Below, in pieces: positions 1 to 11,868 of a stretch of DNA of 64,000 nt. The stretch comes from Macrostomum hystrix (lineage: Eukaryota > Animalia > Platyhelminthes): assembly GCA_950097015.1 (NCBI GenBank), contig CATNEN010000039.1, positions 18,786,001 to 18,850,000 on the forward strand. The letters are read 5' to 3'. Both the position numbers and the translations under genes were made by a program. Under the pieces are notes generated by a model. It was not told where the DNA came from, did not search any database, and saw nothing but the letters and a program-made list of their open reading frames with translations. Position 1 is the stretch's first letter. Every line of letters starts with the position of its first letter.

Positions 1-169
1 TCCTCACAGATCTCAATCCTCAATCCTTTTATTAATTTTTTGTCGTTATCCTTCCTATCACAATCAACATTTTGATGATTCTCAATATTGAGTGCTCAAA
101 TGATACATATTAATGGAAACTGATTCCTTTACAAAAAGAAATGAAAAAACTGTAACGAAATCAGCATAC

Positions 170-1538
170 TTCTTTTCTAAGGCCTGCTGCTGCTGCTTCT
201 GCTCGGCCACCACTGCCGGCAGTCCTTCTCCAGTGGAAAAGTCGATATCCATATAGTTGAGTCTTGGATCCAATAGCTCCGGATCCTGAGCTGGCATGCC
301 GATTGGCAGATTGGCATACTCGTGGCAGGTCTTCGCTGTCAAGCCATGATTGATTGGCAGGTTGACATAGTTTCTGACGCCAAAGACCTGCGGCGTCTTT
401 GTTAACATAGCCGATGGCTCAGTGGGGTTCTCCGTTGTGTCTGGAAAAAATAGGAATGTAGCGAGCGGGGGCAGAGGGACTTCGACGACTTGGCATCGCC
501 AAAAAGAGAGCTAGACAAAAATATTTGCAAGCGGAGAAAAATGTCTGGCCACTGTACTTTTGTTGCCGAATACGCTAGATCCCAAAAACAGGACCTGGGA
601 TTTGGGGAACTATTTCTAGGAATGGAAAACACACTTGAAGGGATTGCAACTTAATGCCGTGCTAGAACAGTTTCAAACTTTATCGATACAAATCTAGGTT
701 GTAACAACCAAAGGTACGCTAAGCTCTCTACGCTCGTAGTACTGGATCTACCCCATCTACCCCGATTCTACCCCATCTACCCCGATTCTAGCCCATCTAC
801 CCCGATTCTACCCCATCTACCCCGATTCTAGCCCATCTACCCCGATTCTACCCCATCTACCCCGATTCTAGCCCATCTACCCCGATTCTACCCCATCTAC
901 CCCGATTCTACCCCATCTACCCCGATTCTAGCCCATCTACCCCGATTCTACCCCATCTACCCCGATTCTACCCCATCTACCCCGATTCTAGCCCATCTAC
1001 CCCGATTCTACCCCATCTACCCCGATTCTACCCCATCTACCCCGATTCTACCCCATCTACCCCGATTATACCCCATCTACCCTGATTCTCTACCCCGATT
1101 CTACCCCATCTACCCTGATTCTCTACCCCGATTCTACCCCATCTACCCTGATTCTCTACCCCGATTCTACCCCATCTACCCTGATACTACCCCACTTACC
1201 ATGATTCTACCCCATCTACCCTGATTTTACCCCATCTACCCTAATTCTACCCTCTCTACCACCGATTCTAACTGTCTACCTCTATTCTATCCTGTCCACC
1301 CCCGATTCTACCCTGTGTAACTCCGATTCTACCCCGTGTAACTCCGATTCTACCCTGTCTACCCTATTTTCTACCCTGTCTACCAGCTATATTCTACCCT
1401 GTCTACCCCACGATTCTACTTTGTCTACCTCACGGCCTCACCGATTTCTTCAAAGCGTGGCGCTGACTCCTCGTTAGCAGCTCCATCTTGAGCATCACTG
1501 TCATCGTTGCTAGAGGCCAGGCAAGCGCAGAGTCCCAT
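170..1538 (-). CDS. Putative N-acylated tyrosine-motif docking/adaptor protein (FRS2-like motifs, no PTB domain seen); 3' part lies outside the window
   Basis: Exon 1 1538-1442 (MGLCACLASS...FEEI, donor G|GTGAGG, phase 1) joins exon 2 440-170 (acceptor TTTTTTCCAG, phase 1; donor AA|GTATGC) in frame. Exon 2 encodes NYVNL, EYANL and LNYMDIDF. Confidence 0.6.
745..1420. repeat. 20-bp minisatellite (ATTCTACCCCATCTACCCCG)n, degenerating to the right, inside the adaptor intron
   Basis: Directly visible tandem units. Confidence 0.95.
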
Positions 1539-2006
1539 TGTTAAGCGCCGACTCCTTCTAGCCAATCTATTCGACTGTCCAGTCCCAATCGATTGGCTAC
1601 AGCTTTTCTTATTTGGCTGCATCAGACCTGGCAGATTGTTTGCAGTCCTCCTCAAATACAGATAACCGCTTCTTTATCTTAGGCTATGCAAAGACAACCC
1701 CGTTCTTATCAGAAGATTTGAAAACTATCTTTTTTTCCAGATTGTCTTTCTCTACCCCGTCTGTCTTCTTTGCTGTATCTCTGACCAACCGACCCCATTC
1801 GACACTGTCATTGGCTATCAGACTTGCAACTAGTCAGGGCTTGAAAAATGTAATTCTTCGACCCCAACACAATAACTCCAGTGCTGGTTAGTTAGAATTG
1901 ACAGCACTATTATCTAAGACAATAGAAGTTTGTAGATGAGTAAATTGGCGACTTCAAGCTGCAGAAACACTAAGAAAAAATTAAATTAAACTTAAAATAT
2001 AATTAC

Positions 2007-2080
2007 GTCGGTGACGATCAGCTATTTACGAGTTGCACTCACGACTTGAAGGTCAGGGGTTCGATTCCCAACTACGCAAT
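2007..2080 (+). mobile_element. tRNA-derived SINE head or tRNA pseudogene fragment
   Basis: B-box GGTTCGATTCC. GACTTGAAGGTCAGGGGTTCGATTCCCA resembles the head of the SINE at 7630-7830; no complete cloverleaf. Confidence 0.55.
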
Positions 2081-2089
2081 GCTAAAAAA

Positions 2090-2365
2090 CTCTCAATCTT
2101 CAATCCCCACAATCTTCAATCCTCACAATCCTCAATCCTCACAATCCTCAATCCTCACAATCCTCAATCCTCAATCCTCACAATCCTCAATCCTCACAAT
2201 CCTCAATCCTCACAATCCTCAATCCTCAATCCTCACAATCCTCAATCCTCACAATCCCTAATCCTCACAATCCCTAATCCTCACAATCCCTAATCCTCAC
2301 AATCCCTAATCCTCACAATCCCTAATCCTCACAATCCCTAATCCTCACAATCCCTAATCCTCACA
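2090..2365. repeat. 7/9/16-bp AATCCTC(AC) / AATCCCT tandem array (contains TTAGGG on the minus strand)
   Basis: Directly visible tandem units. Confidence 0.95.
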
Positions 2366-2809
2366 GTACTCAATTCTCAAAGCGACCTCTCGTTCAGACA
2401 TCCAAAAACTGCATTCTAAGAAATCCAAATGAAAAAAGCGATGCTTGATGCCAGGCCGGAGAGAAATATAGTCCAGCTGACTAGTCCTACGCTCGTATAA
2501 TGTCACTGTACGACAATATCCAGCCGGAAGTCCCAGACAAGCGCCCATTTAGAGGAGGGGTCAGAGTTGCCAAATCCTTGGATATAGTGCCCGGACTTTT
2601 ATCCCTCTCCCTAATCTATTGCTGTAATTTAGTTGTTGATCAGTCTAGCATTGGCCAGTGAAATGAAATTTGTTAATTAGAAAGAGATTATCTGCTCGGA
2701 ATGCGACAGTGCTGAGCAGCCTCAACTCAGCACAGACGCAGAAACAGTGCTCAAAATCCACTGGGAAAATGTTTTCGACAACTGATATAAAAAGTGAAAT
2801 AGGATGCTT

Positions 2810-3075
2810 TTATATTCTATCCTAGTGCATTATATTCTATTCTATTCTATTCTATTCTATTCTATTCTATTCTATTCTATTCTATTCTATTCTATTCTAT
2901 TCTATTCTATTCTATTCTATTCTGTTCTATTCCGTTCTATTCTATTCTATTCTATTCTATTCTATTCTGTTCTGTTCTATTCTATTCTATTCTATTCTAT
3001 TCCGTTCTATTCTATTCTATTCTATTCTATTCGATTTTATTATATTGTATTTTATTCTATTCTCTTCTTTTATAT
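2810..3075. repeat. (ATTCT)n microsatellite
   Basis: Directly visible. Confidence 0.97.
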
Positions 3076-3477
3076 TCTAGCTCGTATTCTTAAATTTCAC
3101 CTGAAAGTGCGGAAGCCCGAATAATAGGTCCCACACTCAACAAGTGACACTCAGCACTTCAACCAGATAATAATGTGCTCACAGGCAGAAGAATATAAGG
3201 CTGCTCAATAAGCTTCTAAGAGACCTTCTCAGACTGAATTCTGGGAGTTTTTTGGGTGGATTTAAAGCAGTCTCGAGTCCACAGTGTGACTCATTCTCAC
3301 GGTTCAGAGATGGGCTCAAAGTCTACTCTAGATGCTCAGGCGCGCATGGCAGATAATATTTCCAAGAAAGGGATTATTTCTAAAAGGCGAAACTGAAATG
3401 TCCAAATTTGGAATCTTAGGGAAAGCTAATTAGCCAAGGGAAGTTAGCAAACACAAAAAAAATTGAGCAAAAATCCC

Positions 3478-4060
3478 AGCAAGAGTTGTAGCTAGAATCG
3501 CAGCAAGACTTGTAGCTAGAATCGCAGCAACAGCTGTAGCTAGAATCGCAGCAACAGCTGTAGCTAGAATCGCAGCAAGACTTTTTTATTTAGAATTGCA
3601 GCAAGACTTGTAGCTAGAATCGCAGCAAGAGCTGTAGCTAGAATCGCAGCAACAGCTGTAGCTAGAATCGCAGCAAGACTTGTAGCTAGAATCGCAGCAA
3701 CAGCTGTAGCTAGAATCGCAGCAACAGCTGTAGCTAGAATCGCAGCAACAGCTGTAGCTAGAATCGCAGCAACAGCTGTAGCTAGAATCGCAGCAAGAGC
3801 TGTAGCTAGAATCGCAGCAACAGCTGTAGCTAGAATCGCAGCAAGAGCTGTAGCTAGAATCGCAGCAACAGCTGTAGCTAGAATCGCAGCAACAGCTGTA
3901 GCTAGAATCGCAGCAAGAGCTGTAGCTAGAATCTCAGCAACAGCTGTAGCTAGAATCGCAGCAAGAGCTGTAGCTAGAATCGCAGCAAGAGCTGTAGCTA
4001 GAATCTCAGCAACAGCTGTAGCTAGAATCGCAGCAACAGCTGTAGCTAGAATCGCAACAG
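3478..4060. repeat. 24-bp minisatellite (GCTGTAGCTAGAATCGCAGCAASA)n
   Basis: Directly visible. Confidence 0.97.
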
Positions 4061-4469
4061 AAGCCTGAAATTCAACGGGTTGTTATTGCAATATAATTTC
4101 GAAATCGCCTTAAGCTATTCCTCAGATCAAGCCAGCACTCAGACTAATGAGGCGAAAGTGCGGTCGGGGTCAAAGGATGTCAGACCTAGAATCTCTACTC
4201 AACATTTTTACGAAAGTTCCACGCCTTTGAGCTGTAAGGATGCGTTCTAACATGCAATCCAAGTAACTTTTCGACTCCCAGTAGATGAAAAGCTTCATTT
4301 CTTTGGGGACTTGAGGGCGAGGCAAGGTGAGACTTGTAGATGAAAGTATTTTTTCTGAAGCATGGATAAGTTATAACTTTATAAAGAAAAAATTATATCA
4401 GGTTCATTTGTACTTTTGTGAAGTTACATCTCTATCTATTACTCTATCACGTCTTCTTTCCTTTTCTTT

Positions 4470-4800
4470 ACATTTCTCCTGATTGGCTGACTCCGTTTGC
4501 TCTCATTTCTACCCCTCTCCCATGATTGGCAGATTTTCTAACCCCCACCCCACCCCACGCCTGATTGGTTGATTGAAATTGCTTTCGTCTCTACCCCCTC
4601 TTTCTCCTGATAGGCTGATTTTGTGTTTTCTGTCCTCAACCCCTCTCCTAACTGGTTGATTTAAACTGTTTTCGTCTCTACCCCCTCTTTTATTATTGGT
4701 TGGTTTCCGTTGTTCTCGTGTCTAACCTCCCGCTGTCATCATTGGTAGATTTCAGTCGCTTTCGTCTCTACTCCTCTCAGTTCTGATTGGCTGATATCCC
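4470..4800. repeat. Degenerate ~40-45-bp tandem repeat, most units carrying an (G)ATTGG / CCAAT-like motif
   Basis: About 8 recurrences of GATTGGCTGA-like and TCTACCCC-like motifs at ~40-45 bp spacing. Confidence 0.6.
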
Positions 4801-5244
4801 TAGAAAGTTGAATTACTCGTCGACATCTACGCTCGTATTAATTGCATCAAATTCCAATGCTTTCGTTTTAACGCATTCACTCAATCTACGAGTAATCAGA
4901 AATATTTGATTAGATTCAATAATCAGAAATCATTGAATAGAATATTTTATCTTCATTTCCTTCGTCTGGAGAAGAAATTCTCTTTATAGTTCACCTTGCT
5001 CTGCTGTTCCTATAAGATTTTATATCTGGATTAAAATGTCATTTCATTTCTTGTTATAAATTATTTAGCCAAAATCGCAGAATAAATTTCTTGTCTCCTT
5101 GGCGAGATTTAATCCCCGAGAATTATCAGGGATATTTCTTATTTAGACGGGGCGCACAGGTGCTTTGACAACAGAAGCCATTGCTATGTTATAATCACTT
5201 GAAGCCTGCCTTTGCTAGCCTGACTTGGAACCAGTGTACAGATG

Positions 5245-7120
5245 ATTCTGTGAATTATCAATTCTGTGAATAGACTGTTCTGTTTAATTCTGTGAAGGGT
5301 CATCTATGTGAATGGTTATCTATGTGAATGGTCAATTCTGTGAATGGTCAATTCTGTGAATGGTCAATTCTGTGAATGGTCAATTCTGTGAATGGTCAAT
5401 TCTGTGAATGGTCAATTCTGTGAATGGTCAATACTGTGAATGGTCAATTCTGTGAATGGTCAATTCTGTGAATGGTCAATACTGTGAATGTTCAATTCTG
5501 CGAATGGTCAATACTGTGAATGGTCAATTCTGTGAATGTTCAATTCTGCGAATGGTCAATACTGTGAATGGTCAATTTTGTGAATGTTCAATTTTGCGAA
5601 TGTTCAATTCTGTGAATGTTCAATTCCGTGAATGGTCAATTCTGTGAATGGTCAATTCTGTGAATGGTCAATACTGTGAATGGTCAATTCTGTAAATAGT
5701 CAATTCTGTGATTGGTCAATTCTGTGAACGGTCAATTCTGTGAATGGTCAATTCTGTGAATGGTCAATTCTGTGAATGGTCAATTCTGTGAATGGTCAAT
5801 TCTGTGAATGGTCAATTCTGTGAATGGTCAATTCTGTGAATGGTCAATTTTGTGAATGGTCAATTCTGTGAATGGTCAATTCTGTGAGTAGTCAATTCTG
5901 TGAATGTTCAATTCTGTGAATGGTCAATTCTGTGAATGGTCAATTATGTGAATGGTCAATTCTGTGAATGGTCAATTCTGTGAATGTTCAATTCTGTGAA
6001 TGGTCAATTCTGTGAATGGTCAATACTGTGAATGGTCAATACTGTGAATGGTCAATACTGCGAATGGTCAATACTGTGAATGGTCAATTCTGTGAATGGT
6101 CAATTCTGTGAATGGTCAATTCTGTGAATGGTCAATTCTGTGAGTAGTCAATTCTGTGAGTAGTCAATACTGTCAATTGCCAATTCTGTGAGTAGTAAAT
6201 TCTGTGAGTAGTCAATACTGTGAATGGTCAATTCTGCGAATGGTCAATACTGTGAATGGTCAATTCTGTGAATTGTCAATTCTGTGAATGGTCAATTCTG
6301 TGAATGGTCAATTTTGTGAATGGTCAATTCTGTGAATGGTCAATTCTGTGAGTAGTCAGTTTTGTGAATGGTCAATACTGCGAATGGTCAATACTGTGAA
6401 TGGTCAATACTTCGAATGGTCAATACTGTGAATGGTCAATTATGTGAATGGTCAATTCTGTGAATCGTCAATTCTGTGAATGGTCAATTCTGTGAATGGT
6501 CAATTCTGTGATTGGTCAATTCTGTGAATGGTCAATTCTGTGAATGGTCAATTCTGTGAATGGTCAATTCTGTGAATGTTCAATTCTGTGAATGGTCAAT
6601 TCTGTGAATGGTCAATTATGTGAATGGTCAATTCTGTGAATCGTCAATTCTGTGAATCGTCAATTCTGTGAATGGTCAATTCTGTGAATGGTCAATACTG
6701 TGAATGGTCAATACTGTGAATGGTCAATACTGCGAATGGTCAATACTGTGAATGGTCAATTCTGTGAATGGTCAATTCTGTGAATGGTCAATTCTGTGAA
6801 TGGTCAATTCTGTGAATAGTCAATTCTGTGAATGGTCAATTCTGTGAATGGTCAATACTGTGAATGGTCAATACTGTGAATGGTCAATACTGCGAATGGT
6901 CAATACTGTGAATGGTCAATACTGCGAATGGTCAATTCTGTGAATGGTCAATTCTGTGAATGGTCAATACTGTGAATGGTCAATTCTGTGAATGGTCAAT
7001 TCTGTGAGTAGTCAATTCTGTGAGTAGTCAATACTGTCAATTGCCAATTCTGTGAGTAGTAAATTCTGTGAGTAGTCAATACTGTGAATGGTCAATTCTG
7101 TGAATAGTCAATACTGTGAC
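5245..7120. repeat. 16-bp minisatellite (TCTGTGAATGGTCAAT)n, more than 100 copies
   Basis: Directly visible. Confidence 0.98.
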
Positions 7121-7629
7121 TTGAAAATCTTGCGAGTTAGACCACACGTGATTAAATAATTCCGTAAATTAAAGGTCTGGCTCAAGCAGACGATTGCTAC
7201 TTCTAAAAATAGCTTAGATTAATTTCTAGTGAGCATAGTTCAAATAATTTATGAGGCCTAGTGCTCAAGTGCTGTAGCCATTCAAATTTCTCTCGAGAAA
7301 TCCCTAAGAGACTGGAAAACCCAGTAAGGTTAATTAAGTTATTTCCTGTCAAGGCTACCCGTCTAACATATCATTGTTTACGATGCTGCCGAACAGAAAA
7401 TTGCTTTAGGATAATAACAGGGCCATGACAGGCAATTGTGATTTATATTTGTTTTTTGAAACCGGAATAGTACATAAATCAAGATTGGTATTTTTGACTG
7501 CAAAATTTTTACCTTAAAAAACTAATTTTAAAGACACAAAAAATTGTATAAACTGTAGATAAAAGGACGATGTGCATGCGACAGCACAGCCGCAGCTATT
7601 GCGTGGCGCATATGAAGGCTGCGTACGGC

Positions 7630-7830
7630 TGTTCAGTCCATGGACTGGGGAGACCCCAAACCTACCATCAATTACCCCTAGCTAATGCTGAAACTCATTT
7701 AACAGCTGGGTGAACTGAATCAGTGCAGAGTGAAGTGAAAGTGTCTTGCCAGGACACAAATTGTTGCAGTGGAGTGGGAATCGAACCCGCCACCATCAAG
7801 TCAAGAGTCCGACGTCCCAGCACAGTTTCT
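7630..7830 (-). mobile_element. tRNA-derived SINE (B-box head plus conserved central body)
   Basis: Minus strand reads GGGTTCGATTCCC...GTGTCCTGGCAAGACACTTT...CAGTTCACCCAGCTGTTAAATGAG...CCAGTCCATGGACTGAACAG; the same body recurs at 46180-46295 and 52862-52977. Confidence 0.75.
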
Positions 7831-8084
7831 AGGAAAATGGTTAAAATTTGCCTATTGTGCAAATCGCAAAAGAGTACAAAACAAAATAGCAAGCATAGTC
7901 CTACAATACGACTTTTAGTAGCCAAAAATAACAATAAACTTAAAATTGTTTATAATCAATTTTTAGTACATAACCTAATTATAAAATGTTATCGTGATTC
8001 CCCTGCTTTTCAGAGGGATTCCCCTATTTATCGATTCTTCTATTTCTCATATTTGATTATCCATCTCATCATAGGGATTACCCC

Positions 8085-8760
8085 AGCTTATCATAGGGAT
8101 TACTCCAGTTAATCATAGGGATTACACAAACTCACCACATGAATCCCCCAGCTTATCATAGGGATTTCCCCAACTTATCATAGGGATTACCCCAACTTAT
8201 CATAGGGATTTCCCCATCATAGGGATTTCCCCAACTTATCATAGGGATTTCCCCAACTTATCATAGGGATTTCCCCAACTTATCATAGGGATTTCCCCAA
8301 CTTATCATAGGGATTTCCCCAACTTATCATAGGGATTACCCCAACTTATCATAGAGATTTCCCCAACTTATCATAGGGATAACTCCAGTTAATCATAGGG
8401 ATTACACAAACTCATCACATGAATCCCCCAGCTTATCATAGGGATTTCCCCAACTTATCATAGGGATTTCCCCAACTTATCATAGGGATTACTCCAGTTA
8501 ATCATAGGGATTACACAAACTCATCACACGAATCCCCCAGCTTATCATAGGGATTTCCCCAACCTATCATAGGGATTCCCCAATTCACTTTAGTGATTCC
8601 CCTAACTCATCATTCCCCCGACACATTACAGGGATTCTCCAGCTCATTATAGGGATTCCCAGCTCATTATAGGGATTTCCCCAACTCATCATAGGGATTT
8701 TCTCCCCTGTTAACCATCAGTATTCCTCCAGCTCATAATCAGGATTTCCCAGTTTACCGC
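8085..8760. repeat. ~22-bp minisatellite (CCCCAACTTATCATAGGGATTT)n
   Basis: Directly visible; reverse-complement related to the 9780-10262 array. Confidence 0.9.
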
Positions 8761-9368
8761 TGTGATCATTATAGGGATTTCTCTGTTTATGTGATATCAG
8801 AGTTGTTCCCTCCAATTTTATTATCTGAAATTGTTTGAATTTAGCATCGAGATACTAAATCCTAAACTTCAATTTAGACTAAATTTCTCTGAGAAATAAA
8901 GGGCTTATCAAGTTGGTAACAGAAAGAACCAGCAGATGGCACGCTGCTAAGGGCCACAAAGTCACATTTTTTCGCAATTTTAAGCGTCATTAAAAAAGTA
9001 CTCACTGGATTAATCCGTTAATTTATCAAATAAATTAAAACAAAGCAGATATACAAAAAAACATTGTGATGTTTGCTATGAAATCGATGAAAGTAAAAAA
9101 ATACTCACTTTAGTTAATCAGTGATTTGTTTTTCTACAAAAGTTACTCGTAAAATTCGTTGGATATGAAACTCTGGATTTGAGAACCCGGACTCAAATCT
9201 ACGGCGAGGCCTAATTCTACTAATTAGGTGTTGAATCCTCGCCGGCTGCAGGTCGAAAGTCGTCCCAGATTCTAGATCTAGAGATCCATGCATTGGTAGG
9301 GAAAAAAACTCGATTTAGTAAAAGAACGCATTTAGAAAAATAGCTTCAGTTATTGATTAATAATTTGT

Positions 9369-11868
9369 TCAGAAGGCCACGTTGATTGCCGCTGGCACCA
9401 GCAGCTCAGACGCAGCAAGGACGACGCTCCACAGTTCTGGCTGGGCGGCTGCCGAACCGCGGCTGGCGTTCGGCACCAGGCAGCGCACAATGACCGGATC
9501 GTGACAGGTCAGGTAGTGGATTGCTAGACCAAGCGACCAGCCGGCTGAGTAGCCGTTGATTGCGTCTGTGATGTACAACACCTGATCGTCATTGAACCTG
9601 TGTGCGGAGTAGGTTGAACGTCTTTAGTACGATGTGGGCATCCATTTGATCAGATGGAGAATCCCGTATGAGAACGTGGAAAATCTCGGCCGTAAACTGG
9701 AAGAATTAAAAAAAAAATTATTGGGAATCCCTCGGATTAGCTCGAGAATCGAAAGTGTTTAACTATCGATCATCCAAAAGGGATTACTATGAGTAGGTAG
9801 AATCCCCATGATTGGTTGGGGAATCCCTATAATGAGCAGGCGGAAGCTCTATGATGAGCTGGGGTAAACCAAATGATGAGCTGGGGGAACTATTTGATGA
9901 GCTGGGGGAACTATTTGATGAGCTGGGGGAACTATTTGATGAGCTGGGGGAATCCAAATGATTAGCTTGGGAAATCTCTATGATGAGCTGGGGGAATCTC
10001 TATGATGAGAGCTGGGGGAATCCCAATAATGAGCTGGGGGGGGACTATTTGATGAGCTGGGGGAACTATTTGATGAGCTGGGGGAATCCAAATGATTAGC
10101 TTGGGAAATCTCTATGATGAGCTGGGGGAATCCCAATGATGAGCTGGGGGAATCCCAATGATGAGCTGGGGGATCTGTTTGATAAGCTGGGAGATCTCTT
10201 AGATGAGCTGGAAGAATCACAATTTTGAGTTGGGTATCCTATGTTGAGCTGGGGGGATCCCTTTGATTTTTCCCTAATATCTTTAAGACACCCATCGAAC
10301 CTGTAGCCCTCCTGCAGCAGGGTGACAATGTGCGCCAGATTGAGGCACAGGTAAGGCGCGTACTGGCCAGCCGATGGTGGGTTTGAGCACATCCTGCTAG
10401 CAGCCTCAGCCAGCTGGCGCATTGTGACATTGCCTGGCACGTTGGCCCGCCAGGCCGGATCGCTGCTAGCCAGCTGACGGGCTACGTAATAGAACGAGCT
10501 GACCGCGACAAACTTGGCGTGCTTCACTGACGGCGGCTGGTGGACCTGACCGGCGTCTAGGGCGCGGCGTGCGGCCCTGGTGCAGGCCGCCAGTCGGTCA
10601 GCCGCTGACACGGTCGGATCTCCGGCTACGTCCACACTGACGCTGCCAAAGCTAAACGTGGCGGAGAATGCCGGATTGAGACAGGGCGTGACGTAGCGAC
10701 TGCGATTGGTCGACGACTGCGCGTCGGGCGAATGGCCCAGCATTGTGAGGATGGCCTGGGACATGCCCAGGCCCAGGTAGCTGTGCTGATGCAGCGGATA
10801 GATTTTACCGCGAACTGTCTGGAACACAACTCGATAGCTGTCCTGGAGTCGGCGTTGACAAGCACTGATTTAGTTAATTATTGTGTGATAGCAACAACTA
10901 CTATAGTCTATGGCCAAAACTCACAACAGCCCAGCTTTTTTGGGGCTTGTCTTGCAATTTACGCCCTCAAGGTCCAACCTCCAAGTCACAGTGAAAGTGT
11001 ACATTGCCCGACAATGAGAAAGTTAGGGCAGATGTACACACCATGTGTGAGTGCGTGCGTGTGTGCTCAGGAGTCAGCGGAATAAGCAGAACTGCCTTCT
11101 CGCTGGCTGCTGGTCTAGTGTCACCAAATGATGTGCCATTACCCGCAGCCCTCCTGCAGTTATTACTATTATTATTATTTTTTTTTTTTATTTTTTTTTA
11201 TTTATTATTATTATTATTATATTTAATGGATGGATTGTGTGCAGTGTACGCACCGTCAGGTCGTCCACCATTGGCACGAAGGTGATCTGCGTGGAACCGC
11301 CACCCATGTCGAGCATGCCGAAAGTCTCACCGCCAGGCTGATCGAAGGTGTCCATCAGGAAGTTCACGGACACCCAGCCATACTCGGCCTCCTCGCGGCC
11401 GCTGATAACGCGAACTGCCCGATCGTCGGCCGCTGGAACCAGGAACGGTGATCGACGCAGGACTTCGACAACAACCCGCGACACGGCGGCTCGATCGCTC
11501 TGTGCGAGCATTCGCAGGCCGGCTGTCGCGCGCACGATTGCCGTCGTGTTGCCATGGAAACTGGCCGGCACGTAGGCAGCGGCGAATTGAATCAGCGGCG
11601 ACAGAGCTTCTCGAAGTCGGCCTGGAAAGTTCTTGTAAGCCGACAGACCCGGCGAGATCTTCTTGTCGCGCAGCTCGAGGATCTTCAAGCCGGTCGAGTG
11701 ACTGTCATCGAGCTGGAACTTGTACGCGTTGAGCCGCGTTCCGGTGCTGCCGGCGTCGATCACGATGATGTACTGGATGCCGCCTCCTCCTCCGTTGGCC
11801 GGCAAAGCCCCGGTTGTCAAGGCCAGTGACACTGTCGTCAATAATAGCATCAAGCCTATCAACTGCAT
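9369..11868 (-). CDS. GDA1/CD39-family nucleoside triphosphate diphosphohydrolase (apyrase; NTPDase5/6-like)
   Basis: Exons 11868-11254, ~10842-10301 (acceptor position least certain) and 9597-9369. N-terminal signal MQLIGLMLLLTTVSLA. All five apyrase conserved regions present: IDAGSTGTR, ATAGLR, ISGREEAEYGWVSVN, LDMGGGSTQI, GWSLG. Confidence 0.93.
9780..10262. repeat. ~21-22-bp minisatellite (GATGAGCTGGGGGAAWCYMWWT)n in the last NTPDase intron
   Basis: Directly visible. Confidence 0.9.

Noticed and set aside
2007-2080. Functional tRNA gene
   Set aside because: B-box present, but no convincing acceptor stem, D arm or terminator; treated as a SINE head.
2257-2360. Interstitial telomere
   Set aside because: TTAGGG occurs only as part of a 16-bp unit, not as tandem hexamers.
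2354-2548. ORF starting MGACLG as an alternative acylated first exon
   Set aside because: No good donor site identified, the ORF runs into a tandem repeat, and there is no recognisable similarity.
11040-11156. Extra NTPDase exon inside intron 1
   Set aside because: The acceptor gives an early stop in the required phase 0, and the alignment to the family does not need it.
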